From assembly GCA_012295275.1 (NCBI GenBank), contig CM022673.1:11346001-11410000 (forward strand): DNA of 64,000 bases. The letters are read 5' to 3'. The first letter of the stretch is position 1, and each line of letters opens with the position of its first letter. Both the position numbers and the translations under genes were made by a program. This stretch comes from Chrysomallon squamiferum (lineage: Eukaryota > Animalia > Mollusca). Shown here piece by piece: positions 41,697 to 53,802 of the stretch. Under the pieces are notes generated by a model. It made no database searches. It was not told the DNA's origin and worked only from the letters and a program-made list of their open reading frames with translations.

Positions 41697-42066
41697 GTAC
41701 TCACTTTTATAATGAATCTAAAATGTTTACTTACCAAGAAATCGCCATTAGTCCTTCGTCAAGAAGGTTGTTGGGGGCCACCCCGTCCAGTCTTTCGTCG
41801 GAGCTCATACTTTTCAGCTTCTCTCGTCTTTTCTCGCGAGTCTTTTCTTGCATAGCCTCGCTGATTTCGGCGAAACCTTTGGCGAATTCTTCAACGCTGA
41901 TCCGGCCGTCGCCATCTTTGTCCAGTTCCATGAAAATGTCCTTCAGGTCCTCCTTGGACAGGTCAGAGCAGACCAGAGCCAGTTCGCTCTGGTCAATGTA
42001 ACCGGATCCATCCAGATCACACGCCGAAAATAACTGATCAAGTTTTTCACTTGCGCTTTTGTCCAT
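16172..42066 (-). CDS. RASEF: RASEF / Rab45-like EF-hand and coiled-coil large Rab GTPase; two lesions in the assembled sequence (about 21694 and 17260-17389)
   Basis: N-terminal EF-hands; coiled coil ([35 protein letters not shown]); DSGHSTMRD; Rab motifs [53 protein letters not shown]; C-terminal [13 protein letters not shown] and DSGxSTxRD favour RASEF over CRACR2A or Rab44. Confidence 0.9.
16498..16574 (-). CDS. RASEF: RASEF Rab exon with G5 ([26 protein letters not shown])
   Basis: tttcag|GAG ... AG|gtaaga. Confidence 0.93.
16667..17048. repeat. About 95-bp near-perfect direct repeat, 2 copies (about 16667-16763 and 16951-17048), in a RASEF intron
   Basis: acgaaagaaagttggatgaacggatagaacaatggtttaatagatggtaggatagattggtagataggtaaacagacaca occurs twice. 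Confidence 0.95.
17289..17389 (-). other. RASEF: Scrambled RASEF G4 exon: spliceable 21-nt piece 17389-17369 (DGQRIPR) plus an out-of-frame remnant 17339-17289
   Basis: ttcag|GACGGACAGAGAATACCCAGG|gtgagt; remnant reads EMERQ..RVV..DG.RLA across frames; no NKxD on the coding strand. Confidence 0.7.
17865..17979 (-). CDS. RASEF: RASEF Rab exon ([38 protein letters not shown])
   Basis: aacag|A ... GAG|gtaaaa. Confidence 0.95.
18476..18557 (-). CDS. RASEF: RASEF Rab exon, switch I to G3 (GVDFQTK...LWDTAGQER)
   Basis: tttcag|GT ... AG|gtagga. Confidence 0.95.
19070..19208 (-). CDS. RASEF: RASEF Rab exon with G1 P-loop ([16 protein letters not shown])
   Basis: tag|CAG|CTG tandem acceptor ... G|gttagt. 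Confidence 0.95.
19931..20137 (-). CDS. RASEF: RASEF exon ([11 protein letters not shown]...LATSPQE)
   Basis: cacag|GAA ... GAG|gtaatt; 207 nt. Confidence 0.85.
20539..20669 (-). CDS. RASEF: RASEF exon ([16 protein letters not shown]...AEGE)
   Basis: ctcgcag|AC ... GAG|gtaagc; phase 1 to 0. Confidence 0.88.
21617..21758 (-). CDS. RASEF: RASEF linker exon with an apparent 1-nt frameshift at 21693-21695
   Basis: ttacag|[22 protein letters not shown], frame change, [26 protein letters not shown]|gtatgc. Confidence 0.75.
22350..22384 (-). CDS. RASEF: Candidate RASEF alternative micro-exon ([12 protein letters not shown])
   Basis: ctgttgttag|GTG ... AG|gtaagg; 35 nt; open only as phase 0 to 2. 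Confidence 0.55.
22493..22587 (-). CDS. RASEF: RASEF linker exon ([32 protein letters not shown]) with a GC donor
   Basis: ttttcag|TCT ... AG|gcaaga; phase 0 to 2. Confidence 0.7.
23238..23331 (-). CDS. RASEF: RASEF exon ([18 protein letters not shown]...)
   Basis: ttccag|T ... GAT|gtacgt. Confidence 0.88.
23746..23814 (-). CDS. RASEF: RASEF exon ([23 protein letters not shown])
   Basis: ttacag|A ... CA|gtaagt; phase 2 to 2. Confidence 0.88.
23994..24187 (-). CDS. RASEF: RASEF coiled-coil exon ([13 protein letters not shown]...CRELE)
   Basis: ttacag|GAA ... CT|gtaagt. Confidence 0.92.
24575..24670 (-). CDS. RASEF: RASEF coiled-coil exon ([32 protein letters not shown])
   Basis: ttctag|GAA ... 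AAC|gtgagt; 96 nt. Confidence 0.9.
24990..25155. repeat. About 47-bp degenerate tandem repeat, 3 copies
   Basis: gtatcatgaa(c/t)ta.tattt recurs near 25012, 25060 and 25106. Confidence 0.75.
28423..28513 (-). CDS. RASEF: RASEF coiled-coil exon ([30 protein letters not shown])
   Basis: ttacag|A ... GAG|gtcagt. Confidence 0.92.
29323..29472 (-). CDS. RASEF: RASEF exon ([13 protein letters not shown]...EKSYKR)
   Basis: tttcag|C ... AG|gtacgt; phase 2 to 2. Confidence 0.9.
35830..36590. repeat. Degenerate tandem array with a unit of about 180-200 bp and AATGAAGC sub-repeats
   Basis: actgcattcaaaa...aatgaagc..aatgaagc...catcatttt.cata near 35981, 36185, 36370 and 36531. Confidence 0.8.
37181..37530 (-). 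CDS. RASEF: RASEF alternative EF-hand exon 1b
   Basis: ATG at 37530; loop [12 protein letters not shown]; donor TG|gttggt, phase 2, same as exon 1a. Confidence 0.75.
39869..40210. repeat. About 130-bp direct repeat, 2 copies (period 210 bp), each with TGACGTCA
   Basis: About 39869-39999 versus 40079-40210. Confidence 0.9.
41735..42066 (-). CDS. RASEF: RASEF EF-hand exon 1a (two canonical EF-hands)
   Basis: ATG at 42066; loops [12 protein letters not shown] and [12 protein letters not shown]; donor TG|gtaagt, phase 2. Confidence 0.92.
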
Positions 42067-42464
42067 TTTAGCTGAAGATGTTCCTGCTTTAGGCTTTTGA
42101 TGTTGTTGTAGTCGCTGCTGTTATTTTTGTTTTTTTTTTTTTTATTGTTATTTTCTTCTTGCGTTGTCTTCTGCTGGGTTTTTTTCAACAGTACCTCTTG
42201 CGCATCTAATACTTAATATTCAGTGAATTTTGTTGCAGTGTCTGTCTTACCGTAAGTTAATAGTTGTACAGATTTAAAAAACAAACATACGTACACACAC
42301 ACACATATATATATATATAGATATCTATACTTCCAGCAGGTTTCTTCAGCCAAGGCTAAACACCTGTTGCCCACACTCGCTTCTGAAAAACATCAATAAA
42401 AAAAAAATTGTTGTGAGAATTAATGAATAAAATAATTATCGTCAAATAAATCAGCAAATTTGAT

Positions 42465-42547
42465 CATAATGACTGCATTCAAAATACACAAAACAATGAA
42501 GCAAAATGAAGCCAAACGAAGCTAATACATCATTTTCGTAACAGATT
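42465..42547. repeat. Dispersed copy of the 36-kb array unit
   Basis: Matches 36178-36260 with two substitutions seen by eye. Confidence 0.9.
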
Positions 42548-43975
42548 TTCCTTCTAACTGATGAAACAACGTATTCAACGTATTTGGTATTATCTGGTAG
42601 TCATTAATCGTTTACGACAAATATTTGTTTCGTTTTTTAACCTTGATCAGTGATTAAGCATGTCTGTTATGGACGCAAACTATGAGAATTTAAATCTGCA
42701 TTAAAATTAAAGGTATGACAGATAAAAGTTTTGATGCTTAAAACACAGTTTTACTAATTTTATTGGTGTGATTTGGCCTTTAGAATGACATATTGGAGGA
42801 TCCTATCTTGGCATCTACATCTACCCAGATTTAATTAGACCGATCTAAGAATATCATTTACACCATCTCTCTAATATAGCATTTGGCACATAATACTGTT
42901 GTGTGTGTGCCCAGAAAAAAGGCAATCCAAAGGATGTAGTTAATGTTAATGCATTTGAAATCCTTGACTGAGCAAAAATCTAAAGAAATATTTTATTAAT
43001 TTTTGAAATTATCCAAGTTTGAATATTCTTTAGCGATAAATCAGAAATTTTCAAGGTCTCTTTTTGTTAATTCTCTCATTACCTACTTACTGTGTGTTCA
43101 AGACAGACACATCTGAACTTCAGTCAAAGTCAGCACGTTTCATAATATTGACTGATTCAAATACTGAAATATTTTAATGTCCGACCAAAGTGTATAATAG
43201 TAATATACATTAGTGGTAAATATATCATCAGTACTGTGATATTTTATTCAGAATAAATATTCTCGAAAATTTTAATGACTGCCGAATTTGTATAAAGGTA
43301 ATAATAGTAACGGGTAAGTCTATCGTTAATACTGTATGTTCTTTCGAGAGAAAAAAAAAAAAAAAAAAGTATTTTCAAAGAAATAACAATTGTTGCTAAG
43401 ATAATTAAATTGTGAAGTATTATGCTATACGTTTGTCCCATCTCCTTAAAGTAAAGTAGTTAAAATCACCAAGGCAAGAAAGCTGTGGAAAATGAGAAAT
43501 AAACAGAATCACCAACAGTGAAAGAAAGAAAACGGTGAGAAAACTGGAATATAAAATATTAACGTAAACAAACAGTACAGTTATGATGGTTGCTGAGCTG
43601 TGAACAAAATAATTATGTTGATGTTGATCGAACTAAGCAAAAAAAGAAGAATATAAGGTATATATTTTCAAATGAGGTAGAAACAGATGCATCAGAAAGA
43701 TAAAATTAGGTTAAAAATGATAAGTAGTATGTTTTACTATCTACTCAGCTGTTTTATTTTATTTCTGTTGTTGTTCTTGCTGTTGCTGTTGCTGTTATTA
43801 TTATTATTGTTGTTGTTGTTATTATTGCAGCTATTATTAATGTTGTTGTTGTGTTATTTTATATTTTTCTTTATGTTTACAGGAGTTTATTAAATCATAT
43901 TTCTTGGAGGTTTTTATTTTTTATTATTTATTTAATTTGGGGGTTTATGTGTTGTTGCTTTTTGTGTATATGCGT

Positions 43976-44049
<74 letters not shown>

Positions 44050-46560
44050 GCAGAATGTCTGACGTACAAGTTGTTATTTTTACACCTGTCTACCAAAATG
44101 ACGTCACAAAACACTGACTCAGAGGCCGATCTATATTGTATTAAACTTGTAGAAAAATTAATATTTATCTCCTATATAACTGTATGTATATGCTGGAATT
44201 GATATTTACATTCACACACACACACACACAATATGTATGTATGTACGTTGTATTAAATATACTCAATCAGTGAAACTATCTATTTGAAAAATATTTATTT
44301 CAGCAGAAGGTTCAAGCACATATGTTTTGGACACATTGTCTATGAGGCTTCGTACAGTGTTAGTGTCTTAACATTTTAAAGAATTACTTAAAATGACAAA
44401 AGGCTGGCGAGATTTTCTTATTAGCTTAAATCATGTGATATATACTGTTTAAAAATAAATTTATTTATTAACTAAAAAGAAACTGAAAAACAATAACAAC
44501 AACAATAGCAAAATAATGTAATAGAATAAGTTCTAGATAGGCTGTACCCTGGATCGGATTTATACAAAGTGAGGTTCTAAGCATTGAGAAATTGTCATTG
44601 TAAGCCTTTATTACAACTGTGGTTATTGATGAGACATCAAGCCATATATTACCAATTAATCCGCCATTTTGATACCTATAACGACATTTGTCGAGCTAAT
44701 AAATAGTATATATATTCCGCTAACAATAAACTTTATTTTTTTTGCATACTTTTGCACAACAAAATTTCATCATCTGGTATACGCTTCTAAGTAGTTGACA
44801 TTATTAACAATGAACAAAATGGTGAAATATAATTTGCAGTATGCAACATGACTGATACTGATTAAACATCATAACTTAAAGAAGCATTGTAATAAACGAC
44901 AGAAATGACAATAAATTATTTGACATTTTGTTAAAATTTAAATTAGTCTGTTACGGTTAGACCATTAAGGCGTATGACAAAACTGTTGTGTCACTAAAAC
45001 AGGACAAACCAATTGGCTTTTACACAATGCCAATAACAAGCGTGTTTGAACCTTTATTCTCAGTTAAGCATATCAAAAATAAACCTAAATTAAAGGTTCA
45101 AACTTTGAGAACAAAGATACGTTTTTATTTTTATAGTTAATTTTCGAAGAACCAATAGGAACACGTTTTATTGACCTTTTAGTATATATGACCTTCAAGT
45201 CACGGCAAATGTTAATGCCCTGATACCAGGAAATTGAGAAAGTGTCAATAACCGTCACCTAGCGCAACCAATCGTTTCCGAGTCATATGCTGTTTTTAAT
45301 ATGTGTGTCTTATCTCTCGGAATCGCTTCCTGTATTTTCAAACACCGCTTTTCTAACACTTTAGTTTGAGATAATAACAGTTTGGCTATTACTGGTTCGC
45401 GAAATGACACATTCGTAGATTCAGGATGAGCTGCATCCCTGAGCGTACCCAGCCTTTGTTTGTTTTGTTGTTGTTTTTTGATGAAGATTGTTTGTTTGGT
45501 TTCTATTTCTATTCTTATTTTTATTTCTATTTCATCATACACCATACTGAAGGCTAAAGACTTGTTCCTTTGATGAAATACTACAGCCGCCTTTACTTTA
45601 GTGGTCATACACGTTCAGAAAAATTGATGCAAAAAGCTAAATTGTTTTTATCTTTATTTTTTATTATTTTAATTTTTTTTGCTTATGATGTTGTTGTTTT
45701 TTTTTTGTTTTTTTGTTTTTTTTTAAGCCAATATTATTATTATTATCATTATTATTAAGATAACGTTTAATTTTTTTTTTTTTTTTTAATTTTAAGTTTA
45801 GTTCTCAATTAACATTTCTTGTTGATGTTGTTTTTTTGGGGGCTACTTTTGCTGTTTGTTGGTTGTTTTGTTATTTTCTTGTTGTTTTTCGAATTTGTTT
45901 TTGGTGTTGTTAGTATTTTTGGACGGTTGCTGTTTGTGTCTGTGTGTGTATATTTTCAGCTGCATTTCTTTGGTGGTATATAAAACAAATAACTAGCGTA
46001 AATATGTGGAGTTTATTTTATAATTTTTATCATAATACTTTAAAAACGGCGTTATTCATTTGTATTGTTTAAATAAATAATTATATCAGTTTAAATAAAT
46101 TAAACAGAGTAACTAAGTAATCCTAGATGAAAAATGAATTTCCTGAATAGGTTTGTTTATGTTTTATATTATAAGTATCAAGACTGTCAATAAATTATAT
46201 AAAGATAAACTGAAAAAAGATATAACTGTGGGTTAACGAAGTACAAAAATAGCAGATAGCATAATACACGCCCTGTTGCCTACGGATTAATCCTTCATTG
46301 TCACGTAATAAAAAAAAAAAAAAATCATTTTGATAGCTGGTGTACAGCATTACGTATTAATTGTTTAATAAATAAAAAATGATATAACTTTAGCTTTAAC
46401 CAAAAATGAAAATAAAAACAAAATCTGCCACTGCAAAAAAATTTTTTTTTTTTTTTTTTTTCTAGGAACAAGCAAATTTTTCCAGTGCATAAGATATAAT
46501 TTGATATGTATTTTCTTTCTTTATTATTTATTTATTTTATTTTATATATTTTATTTTATT

Positions 46561-46611
<51 letters not shown>

Positions 46612-47377
46612 TTTTATTATTATTTTGTATGTGTTTGTGAGTGTGGGTTGTAACTGTTATTGTAGTTAGATGTTAGGTTTTTTTTGGGGGGATGGTTCAG
46701 AATTTTAAGCCCTTATAATCGATGTCTGAATCTTGGAGTCAAAAATGTATGTTCTAAATCATGCGTCTATTCTATTATTTTATTCTTATCAATATGTCAC
46801 TTCATTTAAATATATTAGTTTCTTTTCTGTTTTCTATCAATACAAACGCTGTAAATCAACACCAAATGCATTTTATTGCCAAACTAAAATAACATAGCGG
46901 CAGTAAAATGAAAATAAAAACTAAAGTCATTGTTTACATGCGATGGAACTTACAAACAATTCACGAAGTTACAAACAATTCACGAAGTACGTGTAAGTTA
47001 CGTAGATACAATTTATTTTTATGCATCGTTTTATCTCAATTAATAAAGTGTCCACAAAACATAAATGGTAAGCATATTACTTATTATGATCATTACACAT
47101 TATTATATTATTATTATTAGTAGTAGTAGTAATAGTAGCAGTAATGGTAGTAGTAGTAATGCAATAGTAATATTACTAGCTATTGCTGGTGTTGTTGTTT
47201 TGTCGTGTTCTTTCAATAAACCAAGAAAATTTTAAAAATGAAAAAAGAAGAAGAAATAATAAAGAAAAGAAAGAACATTAATAATTTTATTAAAATAATT
47301 AATACACCATCACCAAGGAAACAAGTCAGATTTGAAATAAAATTAAGAGTTTAAAACGGATTAAATTTTAAAAATGC

Positions 47378-47431
<54 letters not shown>

Positions 47432-48346
47432 AAATATCTATTTAAAAACACTAGATAACAAAATAATTTTGCTCTTTATTATTATTATAATTATTTAGTA
47501 GACCATCACCAAGGTAACGCATCAATCAAATAAAATTAAATTCAGATTATTAAAGAGAAGAAGAAAAATGGGGTTTTTTAAATAAGGAAATCAGTCAGCA
47601 AAATGTACTAAACTGTTCCGACCACCGCCGTGCAGAAAGAAACACATGTTGTTTTTCTCAACTTACAAAATACGCGGCGTAAAAATCCGGTCACCAGTTT
47701 TCACAATGGTCGTCTGCTAATTTTTAAAGTTCGTAAAGTTCGTAACCATATGGGTATCTTATCCACTAGAAAAGAGAAGGAAAACAACGCCGATTTCTTT
47801 CCGTATAGAAGTGTCTTCTCTCATACCTAGTTTTATGGCGATCAAAGTCACTTATCGTGGTCTAGTAAGTGAGGCTGTTTTGTCAGGTGGAGTTAGTAAA
47901 TCGATAGTTTGTCTCCTACTGTATCACGTGATAATGACGTAGTTTACCAAAGAGCGTGACACATTGTAGCGAGTCTTTCTACAAGTGCACCAGAATAAAA
48001 CGAACAGAAAAACATTTTTTTTAACTTAATTGTGTAGCTAGGGGCTTCAAGATTGGAAGCTTTTAGGATCGAGGACATATTGAAGTAGTATAATATTTTA
48101 ATCTTTCGAGCTTATCATCTAACACAAAGCTGAGAATCGAGATTCCTAGACTGTACGCCTAAGACAGAAGTGCGTCACGATATGACAGAACATTAAAATT
48201 TCAGGGCTAATTTTCTTTAATGACAGATGAAAAGTCATTCCATTAATCTATATAAATAAAAACATTATCTTAATAACATTATCGCCAATTACTTTTTATG
48301 GCTTTTTGTTTTATTTTTATTTTTTTTTTTTTTTTTTTTTGTATGT

Positions 48347-48378
<32 letters not shown>

Positions 48379-48542
48379 TTTGTTGATTTTTTTGTTTATT
48401 ATTAATGAATGAGAAGAAACTAATAAAAAAGAAAGAAAGAAAGAAAGATATGAATGAAACAAAGTATGAATTAAAAAGATCGAAAAGATACACACAATAA
48501 CAATAATAACAATAACAAAAATAATAATAATATTAATAACAA

Positions 48543-48616
<74 letters not shown>

Positions 48617-49294
48617 TTAAAACCATTTCATACTTACTGAATTAATTAATAATAATGAAATTAATAAATTAATAAAAACATAATTCTATACAAATTTGTT
48701 TTATGTAGATACTTGTTTATCTACATACATAAGTACGTATGTACATCTGTATGTACAAATATATTTGTCTTGATGACTACATTAACATATTTCTGTAAAA
48801 CGTTAATGTCAGTGAACGTCTTTATTCATCTTTGAACTATATATCTGTTATGAATTACGGATTCAGCTGTTAAACGTGGGTAAATGACATCTGAATGGAA
48901 AGCTGTTTTTATTTATAGTTTTCATTTATCTTTTTTTTTTTTTTTTTTTTTTTTTTACCTAAGCAACGACCAAACTGTTAAATACAGTGTATTTATAGCT
49001 CAGGACAAATAAGGTATAGAAGGCTCTAGAAATGAAATGATGCTTCTCTGTATAAAACAAATAACTGGGAAGGTTTTTTTTCCAAATTTTCCGTCATAAG
49101 TTATCCGAATTTGGAAAGACAGTGGTACCCCGTCCCCAGGGTCGTATGCCCGTGCCATTAAGTCATTTGTGAAGTCTTAAAAATCTGCTTTCTCCTAACT
49201 CCTTACCTCATCTTTGCCAATTTACAATTTACACGTTATTCACAAGGCGTACATCGTTCTTTCTCGTTATAAAATGGTTGAATACAATGCAATG

Positions 49295-49350
<56 letters not shown>

Positions 49351-50399
49351 TGTAATAATAATTATAATTATAATAATAAAAATGAACTAGACGTATTTTA
49401 CTCCAGTAGAATTATTCCAAAACATGTCTGTAAATGAGTTTAAATATTACAAACTTACCGAATCCTAACTTACGAACGGCATCAGTTATTCGCCATTACA
49501 ACTGTAAAGTATTCTTTTGTTACGTCAATAAATCCCTCCAAATAACTTCAGCACACCGTCTCAGTTTTTTTTATACGTAGTGATTGATAAATCTAAATAT
49601 ATCTATGTCTTTTTTTACACTATGTATCACCAAAACGTGAGTAAGCAAAAACTCACAGCACATACAGACATACATAATACCGATAAAGTGAATTTGGGAA
49701 GTCGTGATTGAATTCCCAATATTGTCTACGTACACATACACATACATACACACATATACACATATACACACACACACACATACATACATACATACATAAA
49801 TACATACATAAATACATACATACATACATACATACATACATGCAGAAGTATATGGCAGTGTATTTTTATGTAGTAAAGTGTACTTAATTAAATGTATTTT
49901 GATACTCTTTTTAGATAAACGAAGAAAATTAAATTGAAAAATGAGAAAATTACTATTAATTTTATCATAGGAGAAACAGTTAGATTATCGCTTTACATTC
50001 AATATGTCTTCATTTGTTTTAGATTTAGCAGCAGGATACAAAATTCATAATAGATGTATCTGGTATACATGAATATAGACGTTCATTGACATTATGGTCT
50101 ATAAATAATATTCATATAAACATATATTTTTTGTAACGAGGGCAGTCAACTCGAGTTTCCAGAATACGTGACCAAGACAGGCGTGCACGAATCTTCCTTG
50201 GATGTAAGCAGATTTGAAATGATTAAGTAATCCACTGACTGGTTTAATTATAAAATTAAATAAGGATTAAAATATTTTCTAGTTGATCAAGAGTTTATCA
50301 TTGCCTCTTTAACTCAGTGTCAACACATTTTAATATTAAACGGTTATTAGATATTAGTATTATTCTTGAGAAGCAGCATGATATTTTATATGCCATAAA

Positions 50400-50490
50400 C
50401 AGGAAAGAAAATACCTGAAACACATACGAGAAGAATTGATCCTGTGAACTATTACGCATCAAACCAGTGCTCTGAAGACTGAGCTACAGT
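50400..50490 (-). mobile_element. tRNA-derived SINE head (degenerate)
   Basis: Minus strand GTAGCTCAGTC..AGAGCACTGGTTTGATGCG...CACAGGATCAATTC has A/B-box spacing. Confidence 0.55.
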
Positions 50491-50634
50491 GGAACCAGTA
50501 ACACTGAATTTTATGATAAGATAACCTTCTACATACATACACACTGAAGTTTATAAGTTGACCTTCCACATATATGCATACTTTTTAATATTTTCCTTAT
50601 CCATTTAATTATTTTAATTAAAACAATTTTTGAT

Positions 50635-50724
<90 letters not shown>

Positions 50725-51367
50725 CCTTCAGTTCGTTTGTCCTTGTTGTAGTTAATTTACGTTTTATTTTGTTTGTTTATTTACTCCATTTTTTTTTAAT
50801 GTTTTTTTTTTAATAGACGTGTATTTATAGATCGGCGTTTAATATGACAACACGTTCTTTTAAGTATCATTTGACGCACACAGCATACGTTAATCCACGA
50901 AAACGAACGTACACTCCCGAGTTCTCATTGGTTCTCGCGATACTGTAGCACACCGAGGTGTATAATGGGTAGCAATCGATAGAAACGAGATCGATTTATC
51001 TCGACAGGTAAATACTAACCTCATTCCACTCTGTGTTCCCCGAGCTGTGTATTAAATATCACCAGGTACGAATGTATTTCACATCAGCTGATCGAATGTT
51101 TCAGCGGGCAACAGGTGGTATCGGAATAATGCCAAAATAAACAATGCACTGCGTAACAGTTAAAACAGTGCGAACTGAGACAGCGTTGTGAAAATGAATT
51201 GATATGATCTTTTTAATCCGGCGTGTTATATTAAAAATATTCTGTTGATTATTTTTGTTTCGACGTAATTAATTTTTTTTAATAAAATTATTATTTTTTT
51301 TTTTTATGTATGAGGGAAAATTATAAAAGCATTGTTTTGCACATGTTGTTGTTGTTGTTGTTGTTGC

Positions 51368-51411
<44 letters not shown>

Positions 51412-51456
51412 CATCATCATCATCAACATTATCTTCATTTTATGTGTGTGTGTGTA

Positions 51457-51487
<31 letters not shown>

Positions 51488-51534
51488 TCATTATTATGAG
51501 TATTATTATTATTTGCGCGCGTGCTTGTAGAAGT

Positions 51535-51665
51535 GGGTGTGTTTTAGCTCAGTGGTTACGCTTTATTAAACTGTGATAGATCAAATGATCAGTACTTCCT
51601 GGCGCTCTCACCGGACTTTTTCCCGTTCCAGATAGCATCCCATGAGTCCGTAATAAAACATTTTG
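51535..51665 (+). mobile_element. tRNA-derived SINE (degenerate)
   Basis: TAGCTCAGTGGTTA A box, degenerate GATCAGT B box, body TTTTCCCGTTCCAG; head resembles the 8715 and 50490 copies. Confidence 0.55.
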
Positions 51666-51701
51666 TGTCGTACTTTTATTGTTGTTGTTGTTTGTAGTGA
51701 T

Positions 51702-51757
<56 letters not shown>

Positions 51758-51786
51758 CATACATATATATATATATATATACACAG

Positions 51787-51818
<32 letters not shown>

Positions 51819-52109
51819 ATCAATAGCGTAAAAAACTAATAATAACAACTATGCTTGACACAATTAATAAAAAATATAAAGAGCTGTTGTAAATAGCTAT
51901 TTCGTGATTCATTCATTGATTTTCGTATATAGGTGTGAAATAACTCTGTTATTTGTATGCGAGTCCGTTCTTCTGTATATAACGTGTCTGTTATTGAAAA
52001 ATCTGCTAGCTTCGCAACTTTACAGCTAGGTGTCTAATATCTTGATTTCTAATCATTTTTAATAAGTATATAAGATTTCAGTTATTGACTGAATGTAGCC
52101 CTTAATGTT

Positions 52110-52151
<42 letters not shown>

Positions 52152-53499
52152 TGTGTGGATAGATGGAAGGATGAATATATTGTTGATGTATTTATATGTG
52201 TGTGTCTATGTGTGTGTATGTATGTATGTATGTATGTATGAGTGTGTGTATGTATGTGTGTTTCTGTGTGTGTATGTATGTATGTATGTATGTATGTATG
52301 TATATATGTATGTGTATGTATATATATATATTTGTGTGTTTATAGATAGACAGAAGAGACAGACAAATAAACAGATAGATATGTTACATACCGCGTTTAT
52401 TGTTTTTTTTGTTTTTTTATACATTTATTGGTAATTAACTCGTCTGCAGTTCACGTGCTTAGAATATATCATGTAAGCATAACAATCGAAAATAACCGAT
52501 CAGTTTTGAATTCTTTTGACACCATCGCCATTATTTCGCTGTTCCGACAACTGAAAATGTGGAGTCATTTTGATTGCGCATGCGTAGTGGCGCGATTTAT
52601 AATTTACTTACTTTCTGGACATAACATATTAATTTAATTAATTAATTATTTCTATTTAGTTTGTTGTTGTTGTTGTTGTTGTTGTTTTTGTTATTATATC
52701 GACTGTGATATATCAATTTGTTTTAATTAAGTAATATATATATATACATAAATGAATGTATGGATGTATATGTGTATGTATGGATGTATATTTGCATGTA
52801 TGTATGTATGTATGTGTATATGTATGTTTGCATGTATACGTGATACACAAAAGGGTTTAAAACAATCTGGAAGTATCGACTGTAAGATACTGATCTATGT
52901 TCAATGTTTACCGACTGGTTGAAACATAACAAACTCCACGGTATATCAGTCCTGCCGAGACAGCGCTAGGTCAATTTCATCTCACGTGACTGTTTGTCTG
53001 CGTGCTCGTCATGGTTTGCCTACAGCTGTCTGTCCAGACACTAATATCATTTCGCCATTTTGCATATTTTTAAATTAATAGGGAATATAACACTTCAGTG
53101 ACTGTTTGCAAGCCAAAGTTTATATATGTTTAACAAAAAGCGTAATTTCCCCGTCTTGTATTCGATAGTTCTTAACAAGTATCGGTAATTTATAGTCCCC
53201 TAAAAATATTATATATTTCATTTTCTAATCATCCATTTATCTGTCTGTTTATCTGTTTGTCTGCCAGTGTGTCTGTCTGTCGGTTTGTGTTACGGGTTCC
53301 TGTTATTTAATATAAACCCTGCGATAATATTACTCGATCAGATTCAAATTGTGAGCATCTTTTTTTTATTCTCTGTCTGTTTTGATGTCCGTCTGTGCAA
53401 ATCGAACCCCACTAACTTACTAACAGTCTGTTTGGCATAATCAGTAATAGCATACAAACGAGGATTTCATACTAGATAACTAGATGTGTGTTTGTCAGT

Positions 53500-53769
53500 A
53501 CGTATATGTGTATATCAGTGTTAATTATAGTGGTACTGGTCTCATATTATTTGCACAGGTATCCTTTTATAGAATTTTATTATGATTCTGTACAATTATT
53601 ATTAAATAATAGTATTATTAAACAACGAAAATAACACTGATTATTTTTAAATCAGTTCTTTGCTTGCACGGTAATACAAATACAGCTTCACTAATTCATG
53701 TAGGTGTCTACAATTTTTAAATATTGTTTTGTATAATTCTTAATAAATTACGTAAAATGTTCTATACAA

Positions 53770-53802
<33 letters not shown>

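Noticed and set aside
45255-45608. 117-aa minus-strand ORF upstream of RASEF
   Set aside because: Partly low-complexity, no domain signature and no phase-compatible splice sites found.
49075-49156. Possible MITE end (GC-rich CCCCGTCCCCAGGGTCGTATGCCCGTG); similar patches at 13850-13900 and 10995-11270
   Set aside because: No partner terminus or target-site duplication could be identified by eye.
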